Counted from the stretch's first letter, positions 20,904 through 32,327 are shown. The stretch: 64,000 nucleotides of DNA from Williopsis jadinii (GCA_024346625.1 AP024664.1:3162001-3226000), one strand, 5' to 3'. The notes: generated from the sequence alone by a model not told the origin. Numbers and translations are program-made.

Positions 20904-21658
20904 TCTCTAATGGACGTGTACTTTGGCTGGGATTTACGGTACTTGAAGCCGATGTAGACCAGTAGCAGCACAGCAAGCGCAACCAGGATGAAGAGCTCGT
21001 TGCCCAGGCCAATACCAGGCTTCTGCTCCTCATCCCATTCCTTCACGTCCGTGACGGTGACGTCCTTGTTCGGCTCGCCCCACGACTCGATGATCTTAAT
21101 CTGAGAAGTTGGTTTATCGTGCGAATCGGTGTCGCTGCCTTGGATCCTGTCCACAACGTCGTAGCCCTCCACAACCTCGCCAAAAACAACGTGTTTGCCG
21201 TTTAGCCACGACGTGATGGCCGTGGTGATGAAGAACTGCGACCCGTTAGTGTCCTTGCCGGAGTTGGCCATGGAGACCCTGCCCACCCGATCGTGCTTGA
21301 GATGGAAGTTCTCGTCCGCGAACTTGGGGCCGTAGATGGAGGAGCCACCGGTGCCGTCAAACTTGTCAAAGTCACCGCCCTGGATCATGAAGTCCTTGAT
21401 CACCCTGTGGAAGATGGTGTCCTTGTACCCCTTGCCATCGACGCCGTCGGTGGCCAGGGTGTAGAAGTTCTTGACCGTCTTGGGGACCACGGACCCGAAC
21501 AGGCCAATCTTGATGGTGCCGAGGAGATCTTCGCCCTGTTGCACAGAGAAGTACACATAGTGGGTGATTGGCGGGTCTGCAACGTCCACCGGTGCACAGT
21601 GTAGCAACCCAAGGAAGAACGAGCACGAGAGCACTGACAAGAGAGAAGAGAAGCGCAT
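20900..21658 (-). CDS. Secretory-pathway cyclophilin with signal peptide and C-terminal TM anchor, 252 aa
   Basis: [32 protein letters not shown] and [11 protein letters not shown]-terminal signal MRFSSLL; C-terminal hydrophobic segment; CPR4/CPR8 syntenic position. Confidence 0.92.
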   Translation of the reverse strand: MRFSSLLSVLSCSFFLGLLHCAPVDVADPPITHYVYFSVQQGEDLLGTIKIGLFGSVVPKTVKNFYTLATDGVDGKGYKDTIFHRVIKDFMIQGGDFDKFDGTGGSSIYGPKFADENFHLKHDRVGRVSMANSGKDTNGSQFFITTAITSWLNGKHVVFGEVVEGYDVVDRIQGSDTDSHDKPTSQIKIIESWGEPNKDVTVTDVKEWDEEQKPGIGLGNELFILVALAVLLLVYIGFKYRKSQPKYTSIRD

Positions 21659-21963
21659 AGTTGCTGGGGGATTCTCTTCAAGATGTGTCAATTCCGGTGT
21701 CAAAGGTGTCGCTCCTTGTTTTTCTCCATGGCCTTGTTGATCTGCGCTTTGTGCTTTGCGGGCGCTTATTCCGAAAACGAGATCTGGTTTTTGGGCCTTT
21801 GTGGCTGCTGTATTCCAAAAACAGGATCCGCATTTTGGAATATTCCGATTTCAGGAAAACACAAAACAATATCATCAACACTACGGCAAAAAATTCACCA
21901 TTAGGCGTGGTTACTTCACCAAACATCAACAGATAGGCAACGATCAGGCTCGCACGACACCTA

Positions 21964-24900
21964 ATGGGTTCCTTTGAGCTGCTGACGAAGTTCGACTTCG
22001 AGTACGCTCCCTCCAGCCTGAAGAAATGGAGATCCAAGCGCACAGGGCTACAGGCTGTTCTGATCTCGAAGGACACGCCCGTGGTTCACGGCCATTTCGC
22101 AGTGGCTACTGAGGTGGAGGATGATTCTGGTACACCACATACGCTGGAGCACCTGGTGTTCATGGGCTCGGCTAAGTACCCCTACAAGGGCCTGTTGGAC
22201 ACGCTGGGGAACGTGATGTTCTCAAACACGAATGCGTGGACTGCTACTGACCAGACGGTGTATACGCTCACCACTGCAGGCTGGGACGGGTTCAAGACCT
22301 TGTTGCCTGTCTATCTGGACCATGTGATCAATCCTACGCTGACTGATGAAGCGTGCTACACCGAGGTGTACCACGTGGACGGTGAGGCCAAAGAGAAGGG
22401 CGTTGTGTTCTCTGAGATGCAAGGCATTCAGAATCAACCGTGGTTCCAGACTGCACTGGCATCGCAGAGGGCATTGTTCGATTCCAAGAGCGGATACAGC
22501 TCTGAGACCGGTGGACTGATGGAGAACCTGAGGGTGCTGGACAATGCAACGATTAGGAAGTTCCATGAGAGCAGCTACAGGGCAAGCAACCTGTGTGTCA
22601 TTGTCAGTGGTGTCGTTGATGAAGATGAGTTTCTTCGTATCATGGAGGACTTTGACAGTGAGCTTCCACCTGCGGAGGACAGCAAGAGGCCGTTTGTAGA
22701 CTCCAAGGCCCAGATCGCGAGACTGGACAAGGAAGTGGTCAAGGAGATTGAGTTCTCTGAGAAGGACGAGTCCTACGGCGAAGTCAACTTCTCCTGGGTT
22801 GGTCCGGAGTACTATAAGAACGATGAGGATTTGGCAATCACGTTGCTGCTGGAATACCTGTGTGACTCGTCGATTGCCATACTGACCAAGACCCTCGTTG
22901 AGATTGACGACCCTTGGTCGAGCTACCTCGAGTACAACACGGACGATTTCACCTTCATCATTGCGAACATCAAGCTCAACGACGTTCCAACTGACAAGCT
23001 ACCGCTTGTCAAGGAGAAAGTGTATGAGCTGTTGAGGGAACAGGCCACTGTGGAGAAGTTCGACCTGGGAAGAATGAGAGAGATCATATTGAATGCTAAG
23101 AAGAGACTGCTGCTCGCAGCTGAGAAGTCTGCGGACATCTTGAGCGATGCAGTGATCACAGACTTCTTGTATGGTGACCTGGAAGGAAAGGCCTTGACGA
23201 AGAACATCAGCAGCTTGGATGACTACAGAACAATCCTAGAGTGGGATCTTGAGAAGTGGGTCTCCTTCTTCAACTACTACTTGGTTGAGAACAAAGCTGC
23301 GGTGATCATTGCCAAACCTTCGAAGGTGCTATACAAGTACTTGAAAGACTCGAACAAGAAGCTCGTTGAGGAGCGTAAGGAGAAGCTTGGTGAGGAAGGA
23401 CTGAGAAAGTTGGAGCAGAAGCTCCAAGATGCCCAGGCTAAGAACGATACGCCAATTCCTGAGTCGATCTTGAATGCGTTTGAGAAGCCAGATCCGGCAC
23501 GGATCAAGTTCATCAACACCACCACCGTTGGTCTTGGATTGAACCGTGACGTTGAGAATGACTTGAGTAATGAAAACACCCAGAAGATACTTAATGACAC
23601 TCCTGCAGACCTTCCTCTATACATCAATGTCGACCAATTCAACTCCGAATTCATCTCAATCAATGTTCTGATGTCCTCGCGTGAGATTCCAGAACACCTG
23701 TTGCCATACTTTGACATCTTTGTTGAGATATTCTCTTTGCCTATGCTCGTCAATGGAGAGACGATCCCATACGAGGAGGTCGTCAAGGGTCTCCAGAATG
23801 ACCTTGTTGACCACTCGTTAGATGGCTCCTTCAAAAACCAGTTCTCCGAGGTCATCAATGCCTCTGTCCAGGTTAACAAGGAGAACTACGCTAAGGCCAT
23901 TGGATGGCTGAGAAAGATCTTCTGGAATACAGTCTTCGATGAAACTAGAATCAAGGTTACCATCGATAAGCTGATCAACTCGCTGCCATCTTATAAGAGA
24001 AGTGGTGAAACCTTGCTCAACTCGATCAACACTAAGTACTGTCTCTCTAAGAGGTCTCTCAAAGCTTCAAGAGATACTCTTTCGAATGAGGAGTTCTATA
24101 GATCTCTCTCATCCAAAATCGCAGACGGTGAGTTTGCCTCGATTCAAAGGGACTTAGAAACCATCAGAGAATGTCTTTTCAAAGCAAACAACTTCCGTAT
24201 CGTCCTTGCTGGAGACTTGTCATCTCTGGAGCATCCAATACAGGCGTGGAAGGACTTCCTCCCTGCTTCCAAACTCACAAGCGACCCATTATTACCTGTC
24301 CCACGTACGTTCGAAGTACGCACGCATGTTGGCGAGAAGCTGTCCAAGAAGGCATACATCATTACAGCACCAGCCTCAGAGTCAACCTTCCTACTGGCCT
24401 CAACCAACATTCCAACAGACTACAACGACGAAGATATGGCAGCACTGGCACTCGCATCGTTGTACTTGCAGGCCGTCGAGGGCCCATTCTGGAGAGGTAT
24501 CAGAGGTACTGGTCTTGCATACGGTGCCAATGTAGGTAGAAGCGTCGAGTCTGGACAATTGTCATTTGACGTTTATAGAGGTGCTAACGCTGTTGAGGCC
24601 TTCCAAGTGGCTAAGAAGATTGTTGTCGACCTCGCCAGTGGTGAAACTGAGATTGACAACACTCTCTTTGAAGGATCCATGAGTACGCTGGTGAATACCA
24701 TTGCAAGCAGCGAAGGCAACTTCTTCTCGTCAGCCGGAGCGAAGTACATGGACAATGTCTTGAAGAAGAGAGGTCCTCATTTCAACACCAAGTTTATCAA
24801 ACAGCTGAAGGAAGTTACTAAACAGGACATGGTTAACATCTTACAGAAGTACTATGTAAAGATCTTTGACAGTGAGACGTCTTCAGTGTTTGCATGTACG

Positions 24901-25083
24901 CACACTTCTAAAGGGGAGGAGTTGAAGGCGTTCCTCTCCAGTGAAGGATACGAGGTCAATGTTGAGGAGGTGGCCATTCATGGTGATGAAGAAGATGATG
25001 AAGATGGCGAAGATGAGGACGATGACTCTGAAGAGGAAACAGGCAGCGAATCTGAGAGCTACGATGAGAGTGACAGCGAGTAG
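21964..25083 (+). CDS. SDD3: M16 (pitrilysin/insulinase-like) metalloprotease, Sdd3/YOL098C-like
   Basis: HTLEH (HXXEH), FMGSAKYPYKGLLD, NAWTATDQTVY and IRGTGLAYGA; acidic tail. Confidence 0.85.
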   Translation: MGSFELLTKFDFEYAPSSLKKWRSKRTGLQAVLISKDTPVVHGHFAVATEVEDDSGTPHTLEHLVFMGSAKYPYKGLLDTLGNVMFSNTNAWTATDQTVYTLTTAGWDGFKTLLPVYLDHVINPTLTDEACYTEVYHVDGEAKEKGVVFSEMQGIQNQPWFQTALASQRALFDSKSGYSSETGGLMENLRVLDNATIRKFHESSYRASNLCVIVSGVVDEDEFLRIMEDFDSELPPAEDSKRPFVDSKAQIARLDKEVVKEIEFSEKDESYGEVNFSWVGPEYYKNDEDLAITLLLEYLCDSSIAILTKTLVEIDDPWSSYLEYNTDDFTFIIANIKLNDVPTDKLPLVKEKVYELLREQATVEKFDLGRMREIILNAKKRLLLAAEKSADILSDAVITDFLYGDLEGKALTKNISSLDDYRTILEWDLEKWVSFFNYYLVENKAAVIIAKPSKVLYKYLKDSNKKLVEERKEKLGEEGLRKLEQKLQDAQAKNDTPIPESILNAFEKPDPARIKFINTTTVGLGLNRDVENDLSNENTQKILNDTPADLPLYINVDQFNSEFISINVLMSSREIPEHLLPYFDIFVEIFSLPMLVNGETIPYEEVVKGLQNDLVDHSLDGSFKNQFSEVINASVQVNKENYAKAIGWLRKIFWNTVFDETRIKVTIDKLINSLPSYKRSGETLLNSINTKYCLSKRSLKASRDTLSNEEFYRSLSSKIADGEFASIQRDLETIRECLFKANNFRIVLAGDLSSLEHPIQAWKDFLPASKLTSDPLLPVPRTFEVRTHVGEKLSKKAYIITAPASESTFLLASTNIPTDYNDEDMAALALASLYLQAVEGPFWRGIRGTGLAYGANVGRSVESGQLSFDVYRGANAVEAFQVAKKIVVDLASGETEIDNTLFEGSMSTLVNTIASSEGNFFSSAGAKYMDNVLKKRGPHFNTKFIKQLKEVTKQDMVNILQKYYVKIFDSETSSVFACTHTSKGEELKAFLSSEGYEVNVEEVAIHGDEEDDEDGEDEDDDSEEETGSESESYDESDSE

Positions 25084-25105
25084 TTACCCATAGATTAGAT
25101 ACATG

Positions 25106-25987
25106 TTAGAATAAAAGGGCGTACAATCCAATACACCACATTGTTGTAAAAACAGACATGACAATGTTAACGTCGTTGTTACTGAACATATCCTCACCGG
25201 ACACCACCTGGATATGACCCTCCATCTCCTGGAGAACACCCTCATCCACTCGTTCACCACCTAAGGGTTCCAGAACCAGACCATCATCCTTATCCACCAC
25301 TGACCTTTGGAATAGTGCACCAAGCATCGAATCCACCAACGTCCCTAGCAGGCCAATGAGGGTAAAGAACACAAACTTTCCCACCCTGTTCTCCTTGAAA
25401 GTGAACATCGAGACAAAGCTGATCAATGCTGATCCAGTGGTCCCTGCAACAAGTCCAAAGAGTGTGACGCCACCGTTTGTTCCTGGTGGCACTCTCTGGA
25501 ATGTCGTGATAAGGAAGGGACTGGACTTCGACAGAATCCCCAGCTCCGACGACCACGTATCAGCGATGACGGCACAGTACTGGCCAACCACACCAGCCTT
25601 GAGCATGTCGTCTAGCACAGGATCAGTGACGAACAGTGAAACGATTATCAAGGTCGTTGCGACAGCTGAGTTGGCAAGCACTTGGACGTGTGTACGCTGA
25701 GTTAGTTCAGTTGCCTCATGATCTGAGCCTGGAGTCTTGGTCTTCTTCGACTTGATCTCCTCTTTGTACTTCGTCGCCTTCGAAGACGTCAGGTAGAACA
25801 CCACCAGGAGCGTCAGATAGAGGTTGGTGGGAGGTAATGAGTGGAAGAAGCCGGTCATCAACGCCACTTCAACACCCAGAGGTGTAAGCGTCTTGCGGGT
25901 GTACGCCCTATGTGCCACGCCTAACAGCACAATTCCGCGGATCACGATAGACGGCCATGAGGACAGCGTGATCATGTTCAACTTCAT
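25106..25987 (-). CDS. DUF92/TMEM19 family membrane protein
   Basis: QVLANS, ADTWSSELG, VPPGTNGGVT, DSMLGA and NNDVN motifs. Confidence 0.9.
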   Translation of the reverse strand: MKLNMITLSSWPSIVIRGIVLLGVAHRAYTRKTLTPLGVEVALMTGFFHSLPPTNLYLTLLVVFYLTSSKATKYKEEIKSKKTKTPGSDHEATELTQRTHVQVLANSAVATTLIIVSLFVTDPVLDDMLKAGVVGQYCAVIADTWSSELGILSKSSPFLITTFQRVPPGTNGGVTLFGLVAGTTGSALISFVSMFTFKENRVGKFVFFTLIGLLGTLVDSMLGALFQRSVVDKDDGLVLEPLGGERVDEGVLQEMEGHIQVVSGEDMFSNNDVNIVMSVFTTMWCIGLYALLF

Positions 25988-26189
25988 GTCTCGAAATGTC
26001 GTAGATGATCAAACGACAGCTGCTCACGACGTGTGGACATGTGTGTTTGAGGGTGGAGAGTGGGACATTTTGGCGCAGTTGTGTCCGTTGGTTTATCCGG
26101 ATGGATCGCTTGCGGAAAAATGAAGATGGATTATAGTCGGATAAATTCTACAAAGAGCTGGATACTTCAACAGAGTTGTAAATCTATGT

Positions 26190-27713
26190 CTAATGAGTCC
26201 ATAGTCTAACTTGCTTATCCTTACCACCACTGGCAACTCTATTGCCGTCAACGCTCCAGTCGACAGAGTACACCTCGTCTTTATGGCCTGGAAGATCGAT
26301 GCTTAACTTCCTCGTTCTAACGTCCCATACTTTGAGGGTTGTATCTTTCGAGCAGCTCACAAGCAAACGACAGTCAGAAGACCAAGCAGTCTGATAGACA
26401 GCTGCCACGTGACCTCTGAAGGTGGCGATGAATTGGCCGGTACGACCGTCCCACAGCTTTATGGAGTTGTCGAACGAAGCAGACACTATATAACGGCCAT
26501 CAGGCGAGAATTGGACGTGGTTCACGAGTTTCTGGTGTCCTGTCATACGACAGACAGGCTTGTTGGAGTTCATGGGGTCCCAGAGGTACATGGTGAAGTC
26601 GTCAGACGCAGTGACGAGTCTTTCTTCGTTCCGGCCGTTGATTTTGGCAACCTTTTCGTAGTTCTTAAGGGCCTTACGCTGGGCATCTTCAGCGTCCAAT
26701 GGCTTTTGTCCAGTGTGGTCGAATGGACCCATTCTCAACGCATAGTCAGTGGAGATAGACAAATGGTTAACCCAGTGAGCATGCGACTTCAATATGTTCT
26801 TGCATGCTCCAGTGGAGCCATCCCAGACTCTTATGGTCTTATCATGCGATGCAGAGTAGATCAAGTTCTCACCACCCCATTTTACACAGGACACCGAGGA
26901 GGTGTGGCCTGATAGCGTCAGCAGGGGCACTCTTCTAGCAGTATCCCAGATCTTTAACGTACCGTCTTTGGAAGCAGAGACCAATCTTGGGCTCTGACCA
27001 GGCTTAACTAGATGGATTGGTTCCCATGCCAGCGAACTGATCCACTTCGTGTGGCCCTTTAACGGCCCACCAAGGGCCTCTCCGTTTTCACTCCAAAGTC
27101 TGATAGTATTGTCCATGGACCCCGTAGCGATCATCTCACCATTTGGACACCAGTTAACACAGAGAACCCAGTTGGTATGTCCTTTCAAAACGTGCTTTGG
27201 TGTCTGTGTGTTACAATCCCAGATTCTTGCAGTGGAATCACCGGCACCAGTGACCATCTTCGACGAGGTATGTGGAGCAAACTGTGTACACAGGATCGTG
27301 GAGCCGTGTCCAGCAATAGCAGCTGACGATCGGGTCACAGGCTTCACCTTGAAGATGGCCCTTGGGGTATACACAAGCGTCATGAAGTCCTCTGTCGTCT
27401 TGATGCCAGGCTTCAAGATGGACGAATATATGTTATCCTTGATATCAACAAGGTTGCCCTTGTCATCCTGAACACTGAAAGTGTATGGAACAGGCTCGTC
27501 TTGTTCGTTCAAGAGCTGATTGAGAAGCTCTTCCAGCTGCTTCTCCGAGATGTTACCTGGAACGTGAAGAGATCCCCCGACAGAGGCTCCAGTGTCGGAT
27601 GCCTGGAACTTAATCAACACATTTGGCAAATCTTCTGGGATGATCTCAACCTCACGTGGCTTCTGGGCTTCACGTTTCTGCTTCTTAGAAGGCGGTGGGA
27701 TTAGCGTGGCCAT
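26190..27713 (-). CDS. RSA4: WD40 ribosome assembly factor (Notchless homologue)
   Basis: MATLIPPPSKKQK N-terminus, NLE domain, WD repeats, DLPGHKDEVYSVDWS and LWTH C-terminus. Confidence 0.97.
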   Translation of the reverse strand: MATLIPPPSKKQKREAQKPREVEIIPEDLPNVLIKFQASDTGASVGGSLHVPGNISEKQLEELLNQLLNEQDEPVPYTFSVQDDKGNLVDIKDNIYSSILKPGIKTTEDFMTLVYTPRAIFKVKPVTRSSAAIAGHGSTILCTQFAPHTSSKMVTGAGDSTARIWDCNTQTPKHVLKGHTNWVLCVNWCPNGEMIATGSMDNTIRLWSENGEALGGPLKGHTKWISSLAWEPIHLVKPGQSPRLVSASKDGTLKIWDTARRVPLLTLSGHTSSVSCVKWGGENLIYSASHDKTIRVWDGSTGACKNILKSHAHWVNHLSISTDYALRMGPFDHTGQKPLDAEDAQRKALKNYEKVAKINGRNEERLVTASDDFTMYLWDPMNSNKPVCRMTGHQKLVNHVQFSPDGRYIVSASFDNSIKLWDGRTGQFIATFRGHVAAVYQTAWSSDCRLLVSCSKDTTLKVWDVRTRKLSIDLPGHKDEVYSVDWSVDGNRVASGGKDKQVRLWTH

Positions 27714-27898
27714 CTTGTGTTGATCTATTGTCCAATGTCTCTATGTCTCGAAGGAAGCTCCCTCCGGCTATAAAATTTTCTTTTTTTGTCCCTCCGCAAG
27801 GTCATCGGTTAGGGGCACAGCACGGACAAATCTCTACAAACGGCTGGACATTGTGATTATCTCATTTTATTACATCGAGCGAGTGTGTTAGATGGCTG

Positions 27899-30800
27899 TC
27901 AGGCTCCAGTGTCACTTGACACTTCTGACGAGCTTGTGCTGTCTCCAAAGGCCAGGATTCTGATCTCAACGAGCCATGGGTCATCCAACAGTTTCTGCGC
28001 TGAAGGTCTCTTGTGAGGATCACGCTCGAGACATCTGTACAGGAACTTGATCCCGGCTTCACTCAGTTGGTCCTTTGTTGGGAATTGAGGAAGATGGCCA
28101 GCGGCGATATGATACATGATGGCCCACTCGTTGTCCAGGTTGGCCCATGGTCGACGGCCCGTGGCCATTTCCAGGATACAGCATCCGGTTGACCACACGT
28201 CGAGAGAATATTTAGAGCCGTAGTTGCCAGTGATCACCTCAGGAGACATATACATGGGGGTTCCTGTCATGCTGTTCATCTTTGTTGCTGCCTTCTTGGT
28301 GGCATTCTTAGCGATCACCTTTGCTGCTCCGAAATCAACAAACTTGATCAAGCCATTGTGGTCCAAGAGAATATTTTCCGGTTTGATATCTCTATGAACA
28401 ACGCCCATCTCGTGGAGATAAGCAAGGCCTTCAAACATCTGAAGTGCATATACCTGAATCACTGTTTCATCTTCAATGCGACCATGTTCCAACAGAGATG
28501 CCAGTGAGCCTCCTTCACAGAACTCCATGAACAAGTTCACCTTGTCACGATGCACTTCAACACCATAGTACTGAACGATGTTTGGATGGTTCAACATCTC
28601 TAAAACCGTCATTTCCTCCTTAATCTGTGGGACAACTTGTTTAATTGATTGCACATCTTGGAATCTGATCTCCTTCACAGCCAGCACTCCACCAGTGTCC
28701 AAGTTTAAAGCTGAAAACACACTTCCAAACGAGCCACCACCGATGAATTTTCTCTTTTGCCATCTGATAGAAAGACTTGAGAAGGATGACGCAAGGAATG
28801 ACAGATATTGGTTCTCCTGCATGGTGTCATCCAACACTTTACCAACGTTTTGCACTTGAAGAGCCTCATCCAAAGCCCTGAGCTTTTCCATGGTTTGTGC
28901 CCTGTAGTGATCGATAATGGCCTTCTCATCCTGATCTGCGTTGGGCAAATTAGTGATTATCTTCTTTTCAGCTTCACTTGATCTCGCACCCATGATATCA
29001 AAGTGTGAGATCAGTAGGGACATACACCCGGCAACTTTCTCCTTGAGCTTGTTAAACTGTTCATCTTTCAAAGTTAAGATATTAAAGCCTCTGGAAACCT
29101 CCATGGCAAATTCAAGTGCAGTGACACACCATCTGAACGTTTTCTTATCAGTTGGAATACAATCATCAACGACGAAACTCACCCAGTCTATACCAAGCGT
29201 TATCATCTTCTTCACTATGACAGTCTTCTTTGGACCCTCCACGAACTTGATGTAGTTCTTCATCATGTCTCTGATAAAGCAGTAAAGATACTGCAACCCT
29301 TCAGGGCTTCTATTAAGAGTCTGGATCATGGCTTTAAGCTTGAAGAATTCAGGAAACATGGAAACAGCCAATTTGAAGAATAGTTTCTCAGTTCTGACCA
29401 ATTCTCTATGAACAGACGTAAGACTTGGTCTGTTCTCAATAAATGTCACATAGTCTCCCATAATATCGCTAAAGATAGTCTTCGTGTAACGAAGCGTTTG
29501 AGAAGCTCCCTGGGTCACCAACAACACTTCACCAGGGTTCGTATCAACCAACACATCAGTGACTCCTGGAATGGATACAATAGAGCCCTCCCACAACATT
29601 GGTCTATTGGCATGAATAACAAGAATGTAGCCAACGTTGTCATCTTCATCCTCTTCGTAGTAGTCAAGATGGATATCAGATATTTGAGAAGGTGGCTTGA
29701 AGAGGTCAGATCCCAGTTCAGAGCCCTTTATAATTTTTATAATTTCGTCATCTTTTCCGTATAGATCACTCGACGCAACCAGATAGATACCAGTTGAGTA
29801 TCCTGTCTGGATCAAGAAGTGGTCATTGTTCTTCAAAGCTTCCAGAAACAGGGCAGGTCTTGCAACGTTGAACAGCGCAGCATTACTGTATGATTTCTTA
29901 ATGACAGAATAGAACTTTGACAACTTTCTTCTCACGTTGTTGAATTTATCCAGTGAACTATCCACCATTGCCATTGCTTCGTGTTCCTTCTGCTCTGGTG
30001 TTTTATCGCTGTTGATGATAGTTTCAATAGCTTTGTTTTGTTGAGAGATGTAAACCGTTAGACGTTGAACCAACTTTGTTGTCAATGAGGCAATTTGAAA
30101 TACAACTTCTGGACCAGCCAGATCGATGAAGCATCCAACATTCTTTGCTAGTTTCCATATACTTTCAAGATCATCTGGTTCTTTGAAAGTCTTGAAAGAC
30201 TTTGTTGCTGTGTTGATCAGTTTCCGGTGGATCAGGCCAAAGAGATATTTGATAGCCTCGAACACCGTTTCATCGTAACCTTCATATGCCTCCATGTGTA
30301 TGTCCCAGCCAACAGTATAATGGATAAATGCTTGTTTTATACCAACTGCGAGCGTGACGTAGAGTGAAAAATCGTCAATCATCTCATCAATCATCATCAT
30401 CGTGGGTGATTCCAGCTTTCTTGCATAGATAAGACGAATTCGTATGATCTCTCTGATAAGACGCATGGGAAAAAGCACCAGTTTCTCCAGCATTGGAATG
30501 TAACTTGGGAGGTTGAGTTCTTCGAAAAGGTTGTGGTAGTTCAAGAAGGCTGCCTTCGACTTGTTAAACCAAGGGAAATAACGGTGGAACAGCCTTGAAC
30601 GGAAGATCGAGAGGATATCCTTCTCTTTCAGCATCGTATCAGCAAAGGAAGTGTCCACGAAACCATCGTTACGCACTTCCGTAAGGTCGAGATTGGTGCT
30701 CTGTGTCCATTTCTCCAACGCTTTCACCTCTCTATCCAGCGTACTGGTGATGTTTTTCCAGGATATCAACGTTTCCAATCGATCTGAAAACGCAGTCGAG

Positions 30801-31711
30801 GCAACTATTGGCTTCTCTGCAATCATATCCTTTTCATCCTTCCACAGCTCCTTGATGGAGTAAAATTTCTCAACGATGTCTCGAACCTCTGCAAGGGCAT
30901 TGTCTTGGTTTACAACTTTGAACGTCAGAATCTGGTTCAAGCTCTCATCAGCTATGGATCTTGAGTATTCAAGAATTCTTCTTTGCTGCTCTTCTGTTCT
31001 CCCCAGTATATACGCCCTTATTCCAAGCCAAAGGTTATCCTTGTAAGTGCTTTGGAAAGAGGTGTCTGACTGTGTGATGATTCTTCTCTTCTCAGATTTC
31101 ACAACGTCACCTGTAAGGACAAGGTTTAGCATTGTCTGCCATTCCAACCTTTCAAGGATCTTGGGATTATCCCTGTTGATCTCCACCACCGAAGTATCGC
31201 CATAGTCCAGCTCAAAGTTGGCACCACCTGGCACTTCCGCATTAATTAGCAAGTCGCGTTCCTCGTCATCCAGCTCTGCATCGATTGTGGAGTCATCCTC
31301 GTTCTCTGCGGCAGGGTCTGAGATCACAGCCTTTGTATAGTAATCATCCGTAATGTCATTCTTGATCTTTTTCAAATAGTTCTTCTCCTGAACGATATAC
31401 GGGTTTCTTGATAGGCTGTTTGTCCGTGATTTGTTCATTCGACTCGAAGCACTCGGTGTCCTCACAGGTCCATACGTCTGCTCATAAGACGACATTCTTT
31501 GTAACGATCCTCCAGGCGAACGTGTGCTGGTCATGCTTGTTGTTGGAGACCTGTGGGCAATTGCTTCTGTATGAGGTGATTTATTCATCGTGGAGGAACG
31601 CTGTAGCTCAGCGTGCTTGACAAAGGAGTTGCTTGCATGGATGGTTGCCCCTGGTGACGAATTCGTCCTCTTGACAGCCTGCTTCTTCAGGTTTAATTGT
31701 TCCTTGTTCAT
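27899..31711 (-). CDS. SSK2: HOG-pathway MAP kinase kinase kinase
   Basis: ERLEWQTML, TFRWCVTALEF and CMSLLISHFDIMGARS; kinase domain with HRDIKPEN, DFG and GTPMYMSPE. Confidence 0.95.
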   Translation of the reverse strand: MNKEQLNLKKQAVKRTNSSPGATIHASNSFVKHAELQRSSTMNKSPHTEAIAHRSPTTSMTSTRSPGGSLQRMSSYEQTYGPVRTPSASSRMNKSRTNSLSRNPYIVQEKNYLKKIKNDITDDYYTKAVISDPAAENEDDSTIDAELDDEERDLLINAEVPGGANFELDYGDTSVVEINRDNPKILERLEWQTMLNLVLTGDVVKSEKRRIITQSDTSFQSTYKDNLWLGIRAYILGRTEEQQRRILEYSRSIADESLNQILTFKVVNQDNALAEVRDIVEKFYSIKELWKDEKDMIAEKPIVASTAFSDRLETLISWKNITSTLDREVKALEKWTQSTNLDLTEVRNDGFVDTSFADTMLKEKDILSIFRSRLFHRYFPWFNKSKAAFLNYHNLFEELNLPSYIPMLEKLVLFPMRLIREIIRIRLIYARKLESPTMMMIDEMIDDFSLYVTLAVGIKQAFIHYTVGWDIHMEAYEGYDETVFEAIKYLFGLIHRKLINTATKSFKTFKEPDDLESIWKLAKNVGCFIDLAGPEVVFQIASLTTKLVQRLTVYISQQNKAIETIINSDKTPEQKEHEAMAMVDSSLDKFNNVRRKLSKFYSVIKKSYSNAALFNVARPALFLEALKNNDHFLIQTGYSTGIYLVASSDLYGKDDEIIKIIKGSELGSDLFKPPSQISDIHLDYYEEDEDDNVGYILVIHANRPMLWEGSIVSIPGVTDVLVDTNPGEVLLVTQGASQTLRYTKTIFSDIMGDYVTFIENRPSLTSVHRELVRTEKLFFKLAVSMFPEFFKLKAMIQTLNRSPEGLQYLYCFIRDMMKNYIKFVEGPKKTVIVKKMITLGIDWVSFVVDDCIPTDKKTFRWCVTALEFAMEVSRGFNILTLKDEQFNKLKEKVAGCMSLLISHFDIMGARSSEAEKKIITNLPNADQDEKAIIDHYRAQTMEKLRALDEALQVQNVGKVLDDTMQENQYLSFLASSFSSLSIRWQKRKFIGGGSFGSVFSALNLDTGGVLAVKEIRFQDVQSIKQVVPQIKEEMTVLEMLNHPNIVQYYGVEVHRDKVNLFMEFCEGGSLASLLEHGRIEDETVIQVYALQMFEGLAYLHEMGVVHRDIKPENILLDHNGLIKFVDFGAAKVIAKNATKKAATKMNSMTGTPMYMSPEVITGNYGSKYSLDVWSTGCCILEMATGRRPWANLDNEWAIMYHIAAGHLPQFPTKDQLSEAGIKFLYRCLERDPHKRPSAQKLLDDPWLVEIRILAFGDSTSSSEVSSDTGA

Positions 31712-32327
31712 GGCGACACAGGACTAAATAGATACGGGAGACCTTCGGAATATTGTTTTGTCCAAGTCCGGCGATGAAGCGTGGGCTTATTTCCTTGCTT
31801 ATACGGAAAATCTGTTGGACTTGTAGTCTGAAGTGCTTCCTTCAATTCTGAGACAGGTATATTACCCGTGTTGTCAAATAATACACTGCGGTTAGCTTAG
31901 AAGACAAATAGGATAGCACTAATACAACAGGAAGGGAATGGCGGGAGACAAAGGGACGCAGACAATCAACAAAGGAACGAATAGACAGCTTGGGTGGGTC
32001 CTGGAATGTGATATTTTCTCTCCTTGTCCGTGTAGTAAGATGTTTGATTATAAGAGTCGTTGATTGTTGTTGTTGTTGTTGAAAGGTCGGGTTGATAATT
32101 ATGTGTTGTCCCGTTTCCTTCATCTTTTCTGTAAAAATGTCTTTAGCCGCGACCTGATCGGTTGTGGCTTTTAAGGTTCTGCTTTCCCAAGGCGTTGAAA
32201 AGGACAAGTTTACGGGGTCGTTTGGCGGAGGAGGAGGACATGTACGAACAGTCGGACACAGCTACATTTATACCAGGTGTAATGATACTTTTTGAGCAGT
32301 TATGTGCATTTCAGGAAGAATTACCAA

